This document shows positions 1 to 12,655 of a DNA stretch of 64,000 nucleotides, one piece after another; within the stretch, counting starts at the first letter, position 1, and each line of letters starts with the position of its first letter. This DNA comes from Botryllus schlosseri (taxonomy: Eukaryota). The notes beneath the pieces were generated by a model that did no database searches, was not told where the DNA came from, and was given only the letters and a program-made list of their open reading frames with translations. The stretch covers positions 4,402,001-4,466,000 of the forward strand of contig CM119377.1 of assembly GCA_051294905.1 (NCBI GenBank), written 5' to 3'. The translations under genes and the position numbers were made by a program.

Positions 1-219
1 GTTGTCACCGGGAATAGCGTGATTTTTCAAACAAGAGCAAGTTGAAATTCAAGTCATTTTGATTTTAAATGCTAAAGTTCTGATATTTCGCTAGCGTTCA
101 AGGTTGTGTTCACCTACAAAGGTTCGTTTTGGAACCCTATCCAGGTTGGCACACCGGAAGCAAACCTGAACGTAACGTTCGCGCGATCTTTACTAGCGTG
201 AGAGAGAAAAAGAGAAGAT

Positions 220-572
220 GAATAGGACGCTGTTATTTTGTCTTTTGACGTTTTGCGGCATATGCAACGATTAACAACGCCATGGTACATAGACACGATA
301 TATATGTGCAATTGTGCAATGTGCATGCATTTGCAATGCATGCATACCTTGCGTGCATGACGTGCATATGACACTTGGCAAGCAGGGTACAGAAATAGCC
401 TTGTAAGTCTTCAAAGTCTCGCACCACCCCTCCATGCCATCCCGGGAATGCTAAGCGCCTAAGCGATGAAGCCATGAATAACAGTATTATACTGTTCGGA
501 TTTTTTGTCATGTCTGGCCGGGGATTGAATCCACGACTTACCGATCAAGAAGCCGGGTCGCTAGGCTATTCC
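220..572 (-). mobile_element. tRNA-derived SINE, copy 1 (diverged)
   Basis: Reverse complement matches the SINE at 6445, 17505 and 45273: tRNA-like head (..ccggcttcttgatcggtaagtcgtggattcaatccc), central gcgcttagcattcccgggatggcatgg, CATATG/ATGCAT-rich 3' part, gtcctattc tail. Confidence 0.85.
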
Positions 573-939
573 GCTTGAGCAGTGGTTCCCAAATTGGGCG
601 CTGGCTACGAATTGGGTGGTAGGGAGGCGCTGAGAGCAAATGGGGGCGGTGTAGGTTTAGAGGCAATTGCTGCGTAGTGTTGAAACGATTGATGAATAAA
701 ACATGAATATATGCAGTAAAACTGGGAAATCGGTTACGTCACGGCAATTTACGGTCGATCCAAGAGTCGGTCTGTTCAAGTGTTCAAGCGGCAGTACCGG
801 AAAATTCGATTGTTCTTAACAATATATATCCTGCCCACCAATGGACTGATTCAGCAGTCAGCAGAATGACCAGAAAGCGTGGTATATTGTGTGGTGAGAA
901 CTATGATGTATTTGAACACTTGTATTGATGCACAGTTAG

Positions 940-1560
940 GTGCGATGGCTTTAAGGAAAAGCGCCTTCCGCGATTTTACTCTCTGTTTCCAACGGTCGTG
1001 GAATTTTCACACTGATGCGACCCCGTCCCACAATAGTTCTGGTTGCGAGAAAAGATATCGCTAATAATTGACGGACAAAGGCTATTCATCATGTTTTATG
1101 AGTCGAACTTATCCTCTTTTGGTAATGATGGAAGCTCATCAACGTGAAAATGGCGCTGTCTGTATTCAGTAATAAGCTCGTGATAGATCAGAGAGATTTA
1201 TTAAGACGTGAACTTTTCCAATTCTCCAGCTTGCCTGGGCTTGATAACGGTCCTGCTCGCATAGGCCTATCTAATTTTGACGTATCAGCATACAGCAATC
1301 ATATCGAAAAACTGCATAAGGATTTATGGTAATTTCATTTCAGAATATATTCCAGTCAGAAGTTATCTTTACAGGATAATCAGTACATTCCGTGAAATTT
1401 CCGAGAATGGAATGATTTAGGAGCCTTCTACGTTGCAGAACAATTTTGCGCTCACACCAAAGTTCAACATCTCTTACTATCAATCGTTCTGGATACACAA
1501 TTGAATCGAATAGAAATACTCTCCTTGGAGTCGGGTTAAATTTGTCCTCATTAGCCCTCC
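940..1560 (+). pseudogene. Degenerate Charlie/Buster-type hAT transposase (central to C-terminal part)
   Basis: Frame-shifted translations give VRWL*G, RLPRFYSLFPTVVEF, LINVKMALSVFSNKL..RRELFQFSSL, YSNHIEKLHKDL and LQDN, colinear with Buster-type transposase motifs. A Charlie-type terminus CAGTGGTTCCCAAA lies upstream at 580. Confidence 0.7.
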
Positions 1561-1744
1561 CGGCTTATATTTATTAGAACGTGCTTTCAGTGCCGTGACA
1601 AATCTTCTAACTCACAGCAGAAACCTACTTCACATAGCCGGACGTGGAGATTTCAGATTGTTCTTATAAAATATTGAACCCAATATAATGATAAGGATGA
1701 TGACACATACAACAGCTTCATATGTCTTATTGTTAATTTCCGCG

Positions 1745-1950
1745 GCAGATGGCGTCACTGTCAGAGTTCAGGGTTATGCAGATGACACATGTCTGTGTGC
1801 TTCGTCTCGCGACTAGCTTCAAGCGCATTTAGATCTGTGCGATGAATTTTCTCGGTGGTCTGGTATGAAATTTAAACCCGCCAAGTGTCGTGTTCTTGCC
1901 TTGGGGTTCAAGGGAAGTCGATCGTTCGTGGACTCATTTATTCTCATCTC
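1745..1950 (+). pseudogene. Non-LTR retrotransposon reverse transcriptase fragment (R2/NeSL-like)
   Basis: Translation ..VRVQGYADDTCLCASSRD*LQAHLDLCDEFSRWSGMKFKPAKCRVLAL contains the YADD catalytic motif and the following GxKFxPxKC motif, with one in-frame stop. Clade assignment is tentative. Confidence 0.75.
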
Positions 1951-3326
1951 CAGGTGGTGGTGTTGAGACGACTCCATACATAATTGAATTCGCCATTTTC
2001 TTTACCCGCGGGTGAATCTCACGGATTCGATCTAAGCTAGATTTCGAATCACGAAAAGTAATGTATGCCCTCTTGATTAATGTGACATTAGGATCTTTTG
2101 GAAAATGATTCTGTTTTCTTTCAGTGGTGTGTCTCAATTTAGAATTTTATTGGATTGCCATTGTGTCAGGGAGAAGACTTTTGTTGATACGGACTACATT
2201 CATTCGGTCCTGTATTTATCAGATGAACGTTTTAGAAGATCACAATGCTGCAATACAATTCAGCGACGGAAAAGTGTATAAATGTCCTGCTTGAGTCCGT
2301 CCACTAAACACCTGACCTGCCATCACCTGTTAGTAGTAATGTAACAATGAGATTTGGTCCCAGAAACAATAATAAATACTTTCAGACCAAATGCTGTCAT
2401 AAACATTGCAACATTGTTACGAATCCACCGCAATATTTTGAATACTCAAGGGCTATTTGCAAATGGCCGTCGTTTCTATTACCGGCGCAGTTTCATATGG
2501 TTTGGTTTTCCCGAGTTGTAGCCTATGACATGTACAATATATGCCCTGTACTAACTGATCCTCAATCTTACTAACATGGATTACTGCTTTAACAAATACT
2601 TATGTTCTCATGTCATCATCGTGTCGGACATCTCCGTCTATAAAGAATATGTTTTATTCACGGACAGACGATAACTATCGACTCAAATATAACTATAGTA
2701 ACAATAGGAGATGTCTGTTGCGTCACAGCCACTGTGACCGGAATTTCATTTATGTTCACACTTCGTCTCTTTGAACCAACCGAATTATGGCGTAGATTCC
2801 GAAAACCCTTTCGCAACCTTGACATGAACTGCATATTGCATCTTATCTTAAATCGACGATAGGAACAACTGCAGAATATTCCAGAGTATGATGACTAATA
2901 GCACAATAAACAATCGTGAGACGCTTACTTTATTTCAGTTTTCGAAACCTTGTTCTCAAGATCCTGTTTAGATATGAAACGCTTCGTAGAATCTATCGAA
3001 TGAGAATGGTCACAACGTTAAATGCTAATCATGTATTATCATACTGATACGCTTATCAACATGGGATTTGGTAGGATTTAGCCTATTACGGTACTAAAGA
3101 AATACACGCGACTCAAAATTTATTGCGTCGCTCTAATGACTGTTACAGCGAATGCAAAGCTTACTATGCTAGCCGTCGTGGAAGAATCCCGTCGATTCTC
3201 TCTTCATTTCTTGGTACGATACCACGCTATCACCCGGACTGATCAGTTAAAGTCACTTCTGAAGTGACGGAATGCTGCAATCAACAAGATGGATAGCCTA
3301 TATTGAATATAACGTAGAATGTAGAT

Positions 3327-4169
3327 CAGGGGTGTCAAACTCAAATTGCGTCGCGGGTCGGATTCAAGTCTTCAAATAGCTCGCGGGACGGACGAGTCAA
3401 CTGGTTCCAAAATGTTACCTCGTGCTCTTGCTTTTGAATACCTCGACAGCATATATAGATAATACACGGATCATAGGGTTTTTAAAGTAAGAAGTCGCAA
3501 CATCATTGTTCGCGAACAATGAAATTGACAGAAATGCGATGATTGTCCGCTAAAACAGCGGCGTTAACAACGATGTAACTTGCCATATTCTATGCTCCCT
3601 TTGATTTAGTTGTAATCTGTCGTTAGCCCTGCATATACGTTGTGAAGAATACAAGACATTTAATTGGAAACGCGAACGTTGAAATTTGGTTTATTATTAT
3701 GAAACCGCGAGTCCCGTTTCTCTTATGTCTGGGGATGTAGTGGGTTGATAGTGACACAGCAGTGCTATCATAGATATTCTAATTATATATTTGTGGACTA
3801 ACATATTTTCCATGTAAATTGCCTATAACGGTTCCGCATTGGCGTTTTTGCTTCTGTGAATTACTACTTTTAGGGCTATATTTGTATAAAACTCTGAACT
3901 TAGTGTGCACTTTTTGCCTTCTTGAAATTGAATATTAATTTCACCGACTTGCTTATAGAGATAACTATAGTGGAACCACAGCGTCGTAGTCGAGTGCTTA
4001 TAATGGGGCCTACGAACTTGGTAGTATTTCCTGCAAGAATCTCAACATTTTTTACAAATGTGCTGGAAAATATAGGAATTTTTCACTCTACTCAGAATTG
4101 CTTTGCGGGCCGGATGAAATCGTCTGGGGGGCCGGATGCGGCCCGCGGGCCGTATGTTTGACACCCCTG
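3327..4169. mobile_element. Non-autonomous hAT (Charlie/Buster-type) element, 843 bp
   Basis: Terminal inverted repeats (TIRs) CAGGGGTGTCAAAC / GTTTGACACCCCTG; perfect 8-bp TSD ATGTAGAT (3319-3326, 4170-4177). Confidence 0.95.
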
Positions 4170-4462
4170 ATGTAGATGCACAAATTCAGGCCACGGTCAT
4201 ACGTTGCCCCCAAATAGACTCGATCATATACAATACCAAATGTTGTTTTTATATATTACTCTTCAATATATTTTATTCACTATTGGACTAAAAGACTCGC
4301 TCTCCCCCACTCCCCAACACATACAAGATATTCATAGATTTATCTTGAACTTGAAAGGTGCATGTATCCAAGATACCCCAAATATATTCGTTCCCACTTT
4401 CGGTATACTGAGATTTTTATTAGTTCAAAGCGCTATCAGATCGTCATGTCCAGACCAGTCAG

Positions 4463-5730
4463 CGACAAGATATAGCATAATGGGGACGCGTCCGGCTTCT
4501 TGATCGATAGGGGTAGGTCGTGGGCTCAATCCCACTTCTGGCATCCGTCCCCGATTGGCGCTCCGCATTCTCGGGATAGCATGGATGGTGCAAGACTTAG
4601 AAAGCCTCACAAGGCTATATCTGTACCTTCCTTGTCCTACGGCATATGCGCATCATGTAGGGGAGATGTGGTACCGATGGATCAAAATTTGGAAAATGAT
4701 CTCTGGCCCCAAAATATTCTGCCGAAAACAGCAGATCTTTTGCTGGCTCAGCACTTTGATACAAGCTATACTTATCGCGCACATATACATGAATATCCGT
4801 CTTTTTAAAAAATATTTATGGACGTTCAAAATTTGTTGCTCGAACGTATCATCGGTCCCCACCCGGTGGGTCCAATGGCACACGACCCGGGGACCTATGA
4901 CACATATACCCTAAAAAACTCAGATGTGACAATTTTTCTTGGTCAGTATTATAATCTAAGCTACAGCAAGCCAAAGAAGAATGTTTGGTCGCAACCGTCA
5001 AAAAATAGAATAAATATTAACTCAAATGTTGTCATAAAATCACGTTTCAATTTAGGCTCGAACTTATAAATTTGAGGGTACATACATATTGCCCGAAAAT
5101 CGACAGTGTGACTTCCAAATACCTCGTTATAGCGATAAAACATCATATGCAATTATTACATGAAGATTTTCTGTACGTAGACATGTTTCATTTGTTTCAT
5201 GATTAGTATGCTTGATTATTTCGCTTGATTTTGCTATTGTGTCATCGGTCCCCAAACTACGAATTTGATACATGAATCGAAAAAATTCCACTCAAGGAAG
5301 GTACTGAAAAAAATAATAGGTGCCATTATATAGCCTGATACAAGCCCTACACTTCACAATAAAAATGATTGCTGGTTTGTTCGTGTTGAAGGTAACAAAG
5401 AAAAATGTATATGTCGATCGAAATTTAGTTTACACCCCCCAAAACAAAAAACATCTGTGAAAGACCCCATAGCTCGAGCACGTTGAATTTTTTTGTATGT
5501 GAGGAAAGATTTTGCCAGCATGCAATTGTAGACAAGTTCACGGAATGTAATCACGGAATTATCATAGAGAATTTTCAAAGTATTTTCGGTCCCAGTGATC
5601 CATCGGTACCAAATCTCCCCTACTCATGGTGTGCATTGCATATGCACAGCAAAGATCGAGTGTATGTACATCACGAGTCGGTCTATATGCCGCAAAAACA
5701 CCAAAGACAGAAATATAGTACGTCCTATTC
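4463..5730 (+). mobile_element. tRNA-derived SINE, copy 2, split by a MITE (4463-4659 and 5621-5730)
   Basis: Head and body run up to ..gcatcatgTA; the sequence resumes TActcatgg.. after the MITE and ends tacgtcctattcc, colinear with the intact copies. Confidence 0.9.
4660..5620. mobile_element. MITE with TA target duplication, copy 1 (961 bp)
   Basis: TIRs GGGGAGATGTGGTACCGATGGATC / GATCCATCGGTACCAAATCTCCCC flanked by TA on both sides; second copy at 49236-50175. A TA TSD suggests the Tc1/mariner/pogo superfamily (inference). Confidence 0.9.
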
Positions 5731-6444
5731 CAAGTTAGGAAACGGTATCTATAATTAGGCTGTCTAGCTTGACTGTGTCTATGTATAACTGAAAAGCGTT
5801 ATATGTGTTGCTGTAGGGTACTATACTGCAAACTTTACAATTGATCGCAAAGCTGCTGTCGTGCATACGTGATGTCACAAGCATGTAAGTATAGTTTAGG
5901 TATTTTGTCACGTATTAGCGTGAATATTCCCTTAGTATACACGCTCTAGTTAAATTCTACCTGTAGCTCTAGAAATACAAAGATTCTTCACGCTCAAGAA
6001 TCGACTTATTGTTGTTCATTGCAATGAACCACAGGGCGGCACGCAATATTATTTTGTTATGTTACAATAAATGAAGCCAATCATGATGAGATATTATTAA
6101 ACATGGTAATGGCCGTAGTGGATAACTAGTTCCGGATAAGAGATTCTATTTGCATCGGTACCCGTATTAAGAAACAATGTCTTCGTGCCTGTATTCAACG
6201 GGTATTTTCAAGGGGCACATCCACGGCAGACTGAGATGTATAATATATTAACAATTTACTTGACTTCCCCCCATGTGTGTCAATAAATACAAGGCTGTAT
6301 ATTAAGCCGACTCAGTTGCAACTGCTCGGAGTTGGACTACAATATTCCCACTTGGGTCGCCCGGGTTGCGTAAGGTACCCTTACCCTCCACCCCCAAAAA
6401 GTCGGCGACTGGACGATTGTGCGGTCATATTATGTGCTCATGCT

Positions 6445-6759
6445 CACGATAAGATAGCGTAATTGTGAAGCGTCCGGCTTCTTGATCAGTAGGTCATGGG
6501 TTTGATACCCGACCCGGCCGGGTTAGACCAAAGACGTGATTAGCAACACTGGTATCAATGACTTCCCCGCTTGGCGCTCATGCATTACTGGGATAGCATG
6601 AAGGGGGTACAAGACTTAGAAATCCGTACAAGGCTATATGCGGCATATGCACATCATGCACTCATGGTATGCATATGCACATGTCGTGTGTATGTGTATC
6701 AAGAGTCGGAGTATATACCGCAAAAACATCAAGGAAAAAAATTAATAGTCCTTTCCTTT
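6445..6759 (+). mobile_element. tRNA-derived SINE, copy 3
   Basis: A-box-like TAGCGTAATTG, B-box-like GGTTTGATACC, central ACCAAAGAC..TGGTATCAATGACTTCCCCGCTTGGCGCTCATGCATT, gtcctttcct tail. Confidence 0.9.
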
Positions 6760-7499
6760 ACATGTCAATAAGATTCCGTGAAGCTGGCTCTTGTTAAACA
6801 ACGTTGTCCTCACTGATCTGGCCCGCCAAATACTTGATTTATCTACATCATGCCGGATAAGTTTTGCCGACCCTTGAGTTAATTGATATAGCCTATGATC
6901 TGCGTGATGCAGCTGTCGTCGATATCTGCGGGCGTCGAAGGTTTTATGTCGTACACGTCATCTATTTCTAGTGCAAGTAACCCGCACGCTCACCCTATAC
7001 CCGGTTTTTCGAAATATTTATGTAGATCAGGGGCTCTTAACCGGTGATCCCCGGAGCCCCAGGGGTTCACTGAGTCAGCCTCAGGGGTTCACTGGAGGTC
7101 ACACAGTCCACCCCTACTTATGATTTGTGATGACACGCCCGTCTTGGCCATCATTGGTTGCTGGCAATCAGTAATGGAATTATGGCTGCATGTGATGGTC
7201 CGTCGTGTGCAGTATAGCGTACGCATGGGAGGTTGGGCTCAAAATCGAAAACCTGTCCTTCTGAAATGCAGTTCATAACACTACGGTAATAGTCCTGCAT
7301 TGATGTTCCAAATCTCGATCCACATGTTGTATCCTGGTTGCATTTGTTTACGCTTAATACTTGTATCTTGATCTATTTGTTTTGGTTGTAATGTGCCATT
7401 GATTGTAGTGTGTGTACTGCTACAGGCGGCGACTGTGTACCTCCCGGCCCCTTGTCGTCACCCTGGCCCGTATACCGGATTTTCACAGATGTGAACTTT

Positions 7500-7700
7500 A
7501 CATAATAATAACAGAACCACGCCAGACTACGATTGAAATATCAATTTGCAGTGATGCTGCAAGTCTCATTATGTATAGGCGACTATGCATATCAGTTTAA
7601 TTCACTTTATTACTTTGGAGTTTAGATATTTGTGATGGAAATTTGTGTGTCACGTGCCGACAAAATCACATTTAGCTATGCAATAGATACTTCTGGAAAA
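7500..7700 (+). repeat. Dispersed repeat, homologous to 11353-11510
   Basis: Shared blocks tacataataa..cagaaccacg, gcaagtctcattatgtataggcgac, gatggaaatttg..gccgacaaaatcacatt..gcaatagatac. Origin unknown. Confidence 0.75.
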
Positions 7701-7756
7701 TAGAGATTTATTGTTTTGTTGTTGTTGTTTATTAAACGAAAAGATTTTCCTGACAA

Positions 7757-8906
7757 CAGAGATGGTCAGTAACGAAGTACTTCTACTTTTTGGAAGTACT
7801 CAAGTAGTTTTCCTCTAATTCTGGTACTTACTCAAGTAGAACTGATTTTCTCTACTTCTACTTCTACTTCGTAATATCTTGTGATATACTTACTTACTTT
7901 TCGCTATTTTCAGTTTGTCAAGTAGAAGTAGTTTAATCTCCCAATACGAAAGATAGCCTGAGGAATTTCGGGGCTATTTTCACGGAGTACCAACATTTAT
8001 TATTCATAAAAGTCAAAAGAAAAGCCCAGAAATTTTGGTGCGCTTAGCGCACAGTACTTTTGGCTTCACAAATATGTTTTCACGAAGGTAGTAGTGAATA
8101 GAATTGCTTGGTTCTGCTCACACCGCATTGTTGCCTATATCAAATATTTCATCACAGTAAATATGCCCCACTATAATGTTTGAGACTACCGTTTCGCAAT
8201 CTAGCAATTACCTATCATATCGTAATCTAGCAGCTCATGACATGTCCTGATAATCTGGAAAATCCGTCTTCTTATAACGTTACACGTGTTTTAACAGATC
8301 AGCTTTGAAGCTGTATGGTATTTGTATTTCACTTTCAATTCAGAGTATCATACGTTTAGTTCTAATTACTTTCAGTGCACTAAATATAAATTTTACGATC
8401 CACAATATTTGTTATTAACGTATAATAATTGCGCAAAGTGTTGAAACCGTATCCGATACAACTTCTCCGTATTGCTCTTCGCCTAAACTTGAGGCCTTAG
8501 ATTATGGGGTAGGGCGACATGCCATGATGTTCAATAAAACGGGGTCTTCTAGTAAACAAAGGGTTAGTATCGCATTTTCATATCAATACTATAATTTGCA
8601 TCCCATGATGCGAAAGAAGGCTTCTTACGTCGATAATTGATACCTCGTAGGATGTATTAATACGAATCAAGCTCTCTGTGCCTTCCGCATAGTTCAATTT
8701 GCAGCTTTTGACAGTTAATGCAAACGAATTGAGACTGTTTTCAAAACTACTTACTTACTTGACTAGATTTCAAATCAGTCAATTCTACTTCAAGTAGTTT
8801 TAGGTGGCTGATGGAAGAAGTACTTCTACTCGCACTTGAGTAGATTTTTTCGTCGCTACTTCTACTTCTACTTGAGTAGTTTTTTTGACTACTTTGACCA
8901 CCTCTG
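7757..8906. mobile_element. Non-autonomous hAT element with TACTT(C/G) subterminal repeats
   Basis: TIRs CAGAGATGGTCA / TGACCACCTCTG; flanks share CTGACAA (7 bp, offset by one from an 8-bp TSD). Same family as 33342-33606 and the fragments at 9440-9587, 45177 and 59161. Confidence 0.8.
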
Positions 8907-9439
8907 CTGACAACCTTTTGCACCACGGTCACTGGCATTTTACAAATCGGTGGAAAATACCGGTAACTGCTGTTAGCTTTAAATGTCAAGAAAAAAGAAC
9001 TCACATCAATTAGAAGAACTCGAAGTAATGATACCGCGTATGAAAAGCAATACGCTTTTAACTAAAAACGCAACGCTCAAAGAGCCAAGGAGAACTTTTC
9101 TAGTTAGTATAGGACACGCCGTGACCTGCTGGATTGCGATAAGATAATTCCAAATGTTTGCTGAGCCATATTTACTGTTATGATACTTGTCACACGGACC
9201 ACAATATGATGAGAAAGGAACTAACATGCTATCTTAATTATATTGACTGATACTTTCGTGAAAACATGTCACTCTATATCTATTTCGCGCGAAGCTCAAC
9301 GAAAATTCCAGATTATTTTGTGCAAATTAAAATATTGATGGTACTCCGTAAAAACAGCCCCGTATATTTCTGTGTCTCAGATCTCCCCCTATCTCGTTGG
9401 AAGAACATAATACTTCTATTTCACACACTGTAAATAGCT

Positions 9440-9587
9440 ATCAGTAAGTAAGTAAATCACAACATATTACGAAGTATAGAAGTACAAATGGCGGAAAGTT
9501 AGATTTAATTGAGTAATTGCTGCAAGTAAAGGAAAAATACTTGAGTACTTCTTAAAAGTAAAAGTACTTCGTTACTGACCATCTCTA
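9440..9587. mobile_element. Solo terminus of the TACTT-repeat hAT family
   Basis: Ends GTACTTCGTTACTGACCATCTCTA, the reverse complement of the 7757 terminus; no partner end or TSD found. Confidence 0.65.
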
Positions 9588-12409
9588 ATGAGATATGCAG
9601 CAGGAATAGTATTGTGGCAGATTTGAGTATGACTTAAAGTGTTTTTATAAACAATGTTTAAAACAGGTTTTAAACAGACGTGTTTTAAGCTCGTCTGTTT
9701 CAAATACAACCTTAGCTATCGTACAGTATGAGTTTACACAAAATTCCACAAATATTTTCCGCCGTACCAGTAAAACGAGTATTCTTCCATATTCGCACTT
9801 CATGATTATTTTGAGCGCTGTCATATCCGCATCTTCGTTACCGTTTCATTGGTCGCAAATTATGACACAGTGATATAACCAGATGAACAACTGCAAGCTG
9901 AGAAAACATATTTGGTTTCAGGATCGTTTTTCTTGTAAAATCTTCGTAATTGTAGCAAACCATGTCCATGCCCCTATCTCGAAATAGAAAAGAAGGATAA
10001 TCCGAGGTGATTGTTACCGATATTTCAAAGGTCATTTACAATATAACGTCTAGGAAACAATCACAATCGTAAAGCCAGGGAATCAGCCGCAAACACCGAA
10101 TTTGAAGCACTTATACACTTTCAAGGTCGTAATCCATCATCGCGACTAGAATGGTCTCTTTAAATACTTTGCCATTAATCTGCGGGTGACCGCACAGCGC
10201 CGCACATATGTCATTGTCTTGCGGATGATTAACATCACCATCCCGAGGACAATGAACATTTATTGTGCGATAGCTTGAGATACTGAATTGATGTCTGACG
10301 TACATGAGCTTTAAGATAATGATAGCATACCATAAGAACCGTGATGCGACTATTATTAAATTGAAACCGCGATGACCTTACAATCACAGGGACGATAAAT
10401 TCATATTAAAGGATTTATTCCGGTTCCAATATTATTATGAATCCATTATCCTAATTTCGGTTTTCAAATCTGAATCAGGTCTGCACTCTGCGCGCCAGAA
10501 ATTTCGCATAGGGTTGAGAGGTCATGACGCCTGAACTCGATACTACAAAGGCAGGTAGATAGCGGAATGGCACCTTCCGTGATAATCTTTTAGCAGAGGT
10601 TCGTATGCAGAGGCTTCCCGAGGAAAATTTCGGAGCCAAAATGTTTTTCACAATCTCAACTTAAATTTGAGTCGCAACATATTTAGAGCGCAGTGCAATG
10701 TTCGATCATAATGCCTTCAATTTATACTCCATATCAAGTCCGCGCGGGTTGACAGCAAGAAAGAGATATATGACGACAAAACTTGGATAACATATCATAG
10801 TCGATTATTTTATTGATTCTCGACAATTTTGCATGAAATCCTGCGTCATATATTGGCTTGCTTCCGTCATCGCTACTTGTTTGACCAGGAATGGGCTAGC
10901 ATACTAGACCGAGATCTTATATTCCCGCGCAGTGGCAGTGCTGATGAATTCACGACTGATATTTGGGTCTCGCGGTTCCCAATTGCTCGTATAGGCTTGG
11001 AAGATTTAGAGCGACCCGATAATACTAGGTGGGAGTAAGGAGTCTTTGCGGGACGAAAACGAATCCCGGGTCTATTAAAATTTAACAAACAAGCTGTTAT
11101 AACATCACGGCAGAACATTCCGCTTCGGTCATGTAGTCGGACGACATCATTCGCTTGAAACCAAGAGTATTATGAATCTACGCCTGTGCTATTTATACAG
11201 GGAGACTAAACGCGATTTAGCATGGAGACGTTAAATGTCGTCATATGTTCGACGAAATCGAACTTTTTGTAAAGGTTCGTGTGCACCCGAACCAGAACCT
11301 TTTAGATTATCTCACCCGTCACTTTAATCTTTACTTTATAATCCTTAGCGGTTACATAATAATCACAGAACCACGTCTGCCGCAAGTCTCATTATGTATA
11401 GGCGACAATGCATATCAAATGAATCTACTTCATAACTTTAAATATTTGTGATGGAAATTTGTTTGCCACATGCCGACAAAATCACATTTAGCTAAGCAAT
11501 AGATACGTACCGTGGTAGGAAGACTCCAATGTAAATCACGGTGCACGAAACTCCATTGTATACGGATATTATATTATTTTGATGGTTTTCCGCTTGGGGA
11601 CAATACGTTCATTCTGAAACGCACGGAATTCCGAAACTAAAGCCGCTCGATAACAATTTTAGCGCAATTCCAACGTCATTGCGGTATTAGTGATGGTATA
11701 TCGGCACCATCTTCAAAGCTTATCTAAGTTTGAGGGTAGGATATTCTCCGGCAATTATCCTGTCTCGCGTTATCACTGATAAAATGAGTTCATGCAGCTG
11801 CAAGTGTAAAAATAGAACGGATTCCGTGGTCAATATCAAGATCATCAGTATCTTATAGCAAGAATTCGAAACGGGATATCTTTTTAATAGGATTTCGAAT
11901 GTTTTGCTACATTGAGGAATCAGCATATGCGCTGCAAAATTTACGTTGTTCATAAGAATGACAGAAATAGCCTGATATCTAAGGTAAGAAAAAACATGTC
12001 CCAAATGATAATTTGGAAAACATAAATGACAATTAGGACTCCGAAAATTAACCTGTGCCTCATCAAGGGCATACGTTATTACTAGGGCGATTTTGTTTTA
12101 CCTAAAATGCGGAAGATTTTCACCTAAAAAATTTAAATTTTGACTTTTTTTTACCTAAAAAAAATGAATTTTGACCAAATTTTGACCTCGCGTATGCAAA
12201 TTAGGTGTTTTTGCACATAATGTTAAAATTGTACTACTAATATTCATTTATGGTTGGAACTGTCTCTCCTTACGAAGTAGTTTGGCCTGAAAAAACGTTT
12301 TTTTTTGGCTAAAAAACTGACAAATTTTTACATGAAGAACTAATATTTTACCGAAATCTGGCCCTATGAAGAGTTCCAGTAGTTACATCACGCATTATGG
12401 TAGAAATAA

Positions 12410-12647
12410 TTAAATCAAATTGTAGTACAACGAAAGATACTTTCCTACATTTACAGGTAGAAAGTGTCTGTCCTTACTAAGTAGCTTTCCAAGAATGGAG
12501 AAAGACCGTTCAACAGCAGCAGTTGTTGGTTGACAACACTGAAGTTGTGCGTACACTGCTGGTGACCAACCGTGTTGCTTCATTCTGACAACGTTGTCTA
12601 TATAACAATTTTTCATCGTGCGCTTCTTGATATAAGAACCATGCAAT
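12410..12647 (-). pseudogene. hAT transposase C-terminal remnant of the outer element
   Basis: ..CQPTTAAVERSFSILGKLLSKDRHFLPVNVGKYLSLYYNLI*, resembling the hAT C-terminal ERxFS region; interrupted by the element at 12656. Confidence 0.75.
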
Positions 12648-12655
12648 GCCCACGC

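Noticed and set aside
9838-11118. Several 60-80 aa ORFs that could be exons of a host gene
   Set aside because: No recognisable domain and no consistent chain of splice sites could be built.
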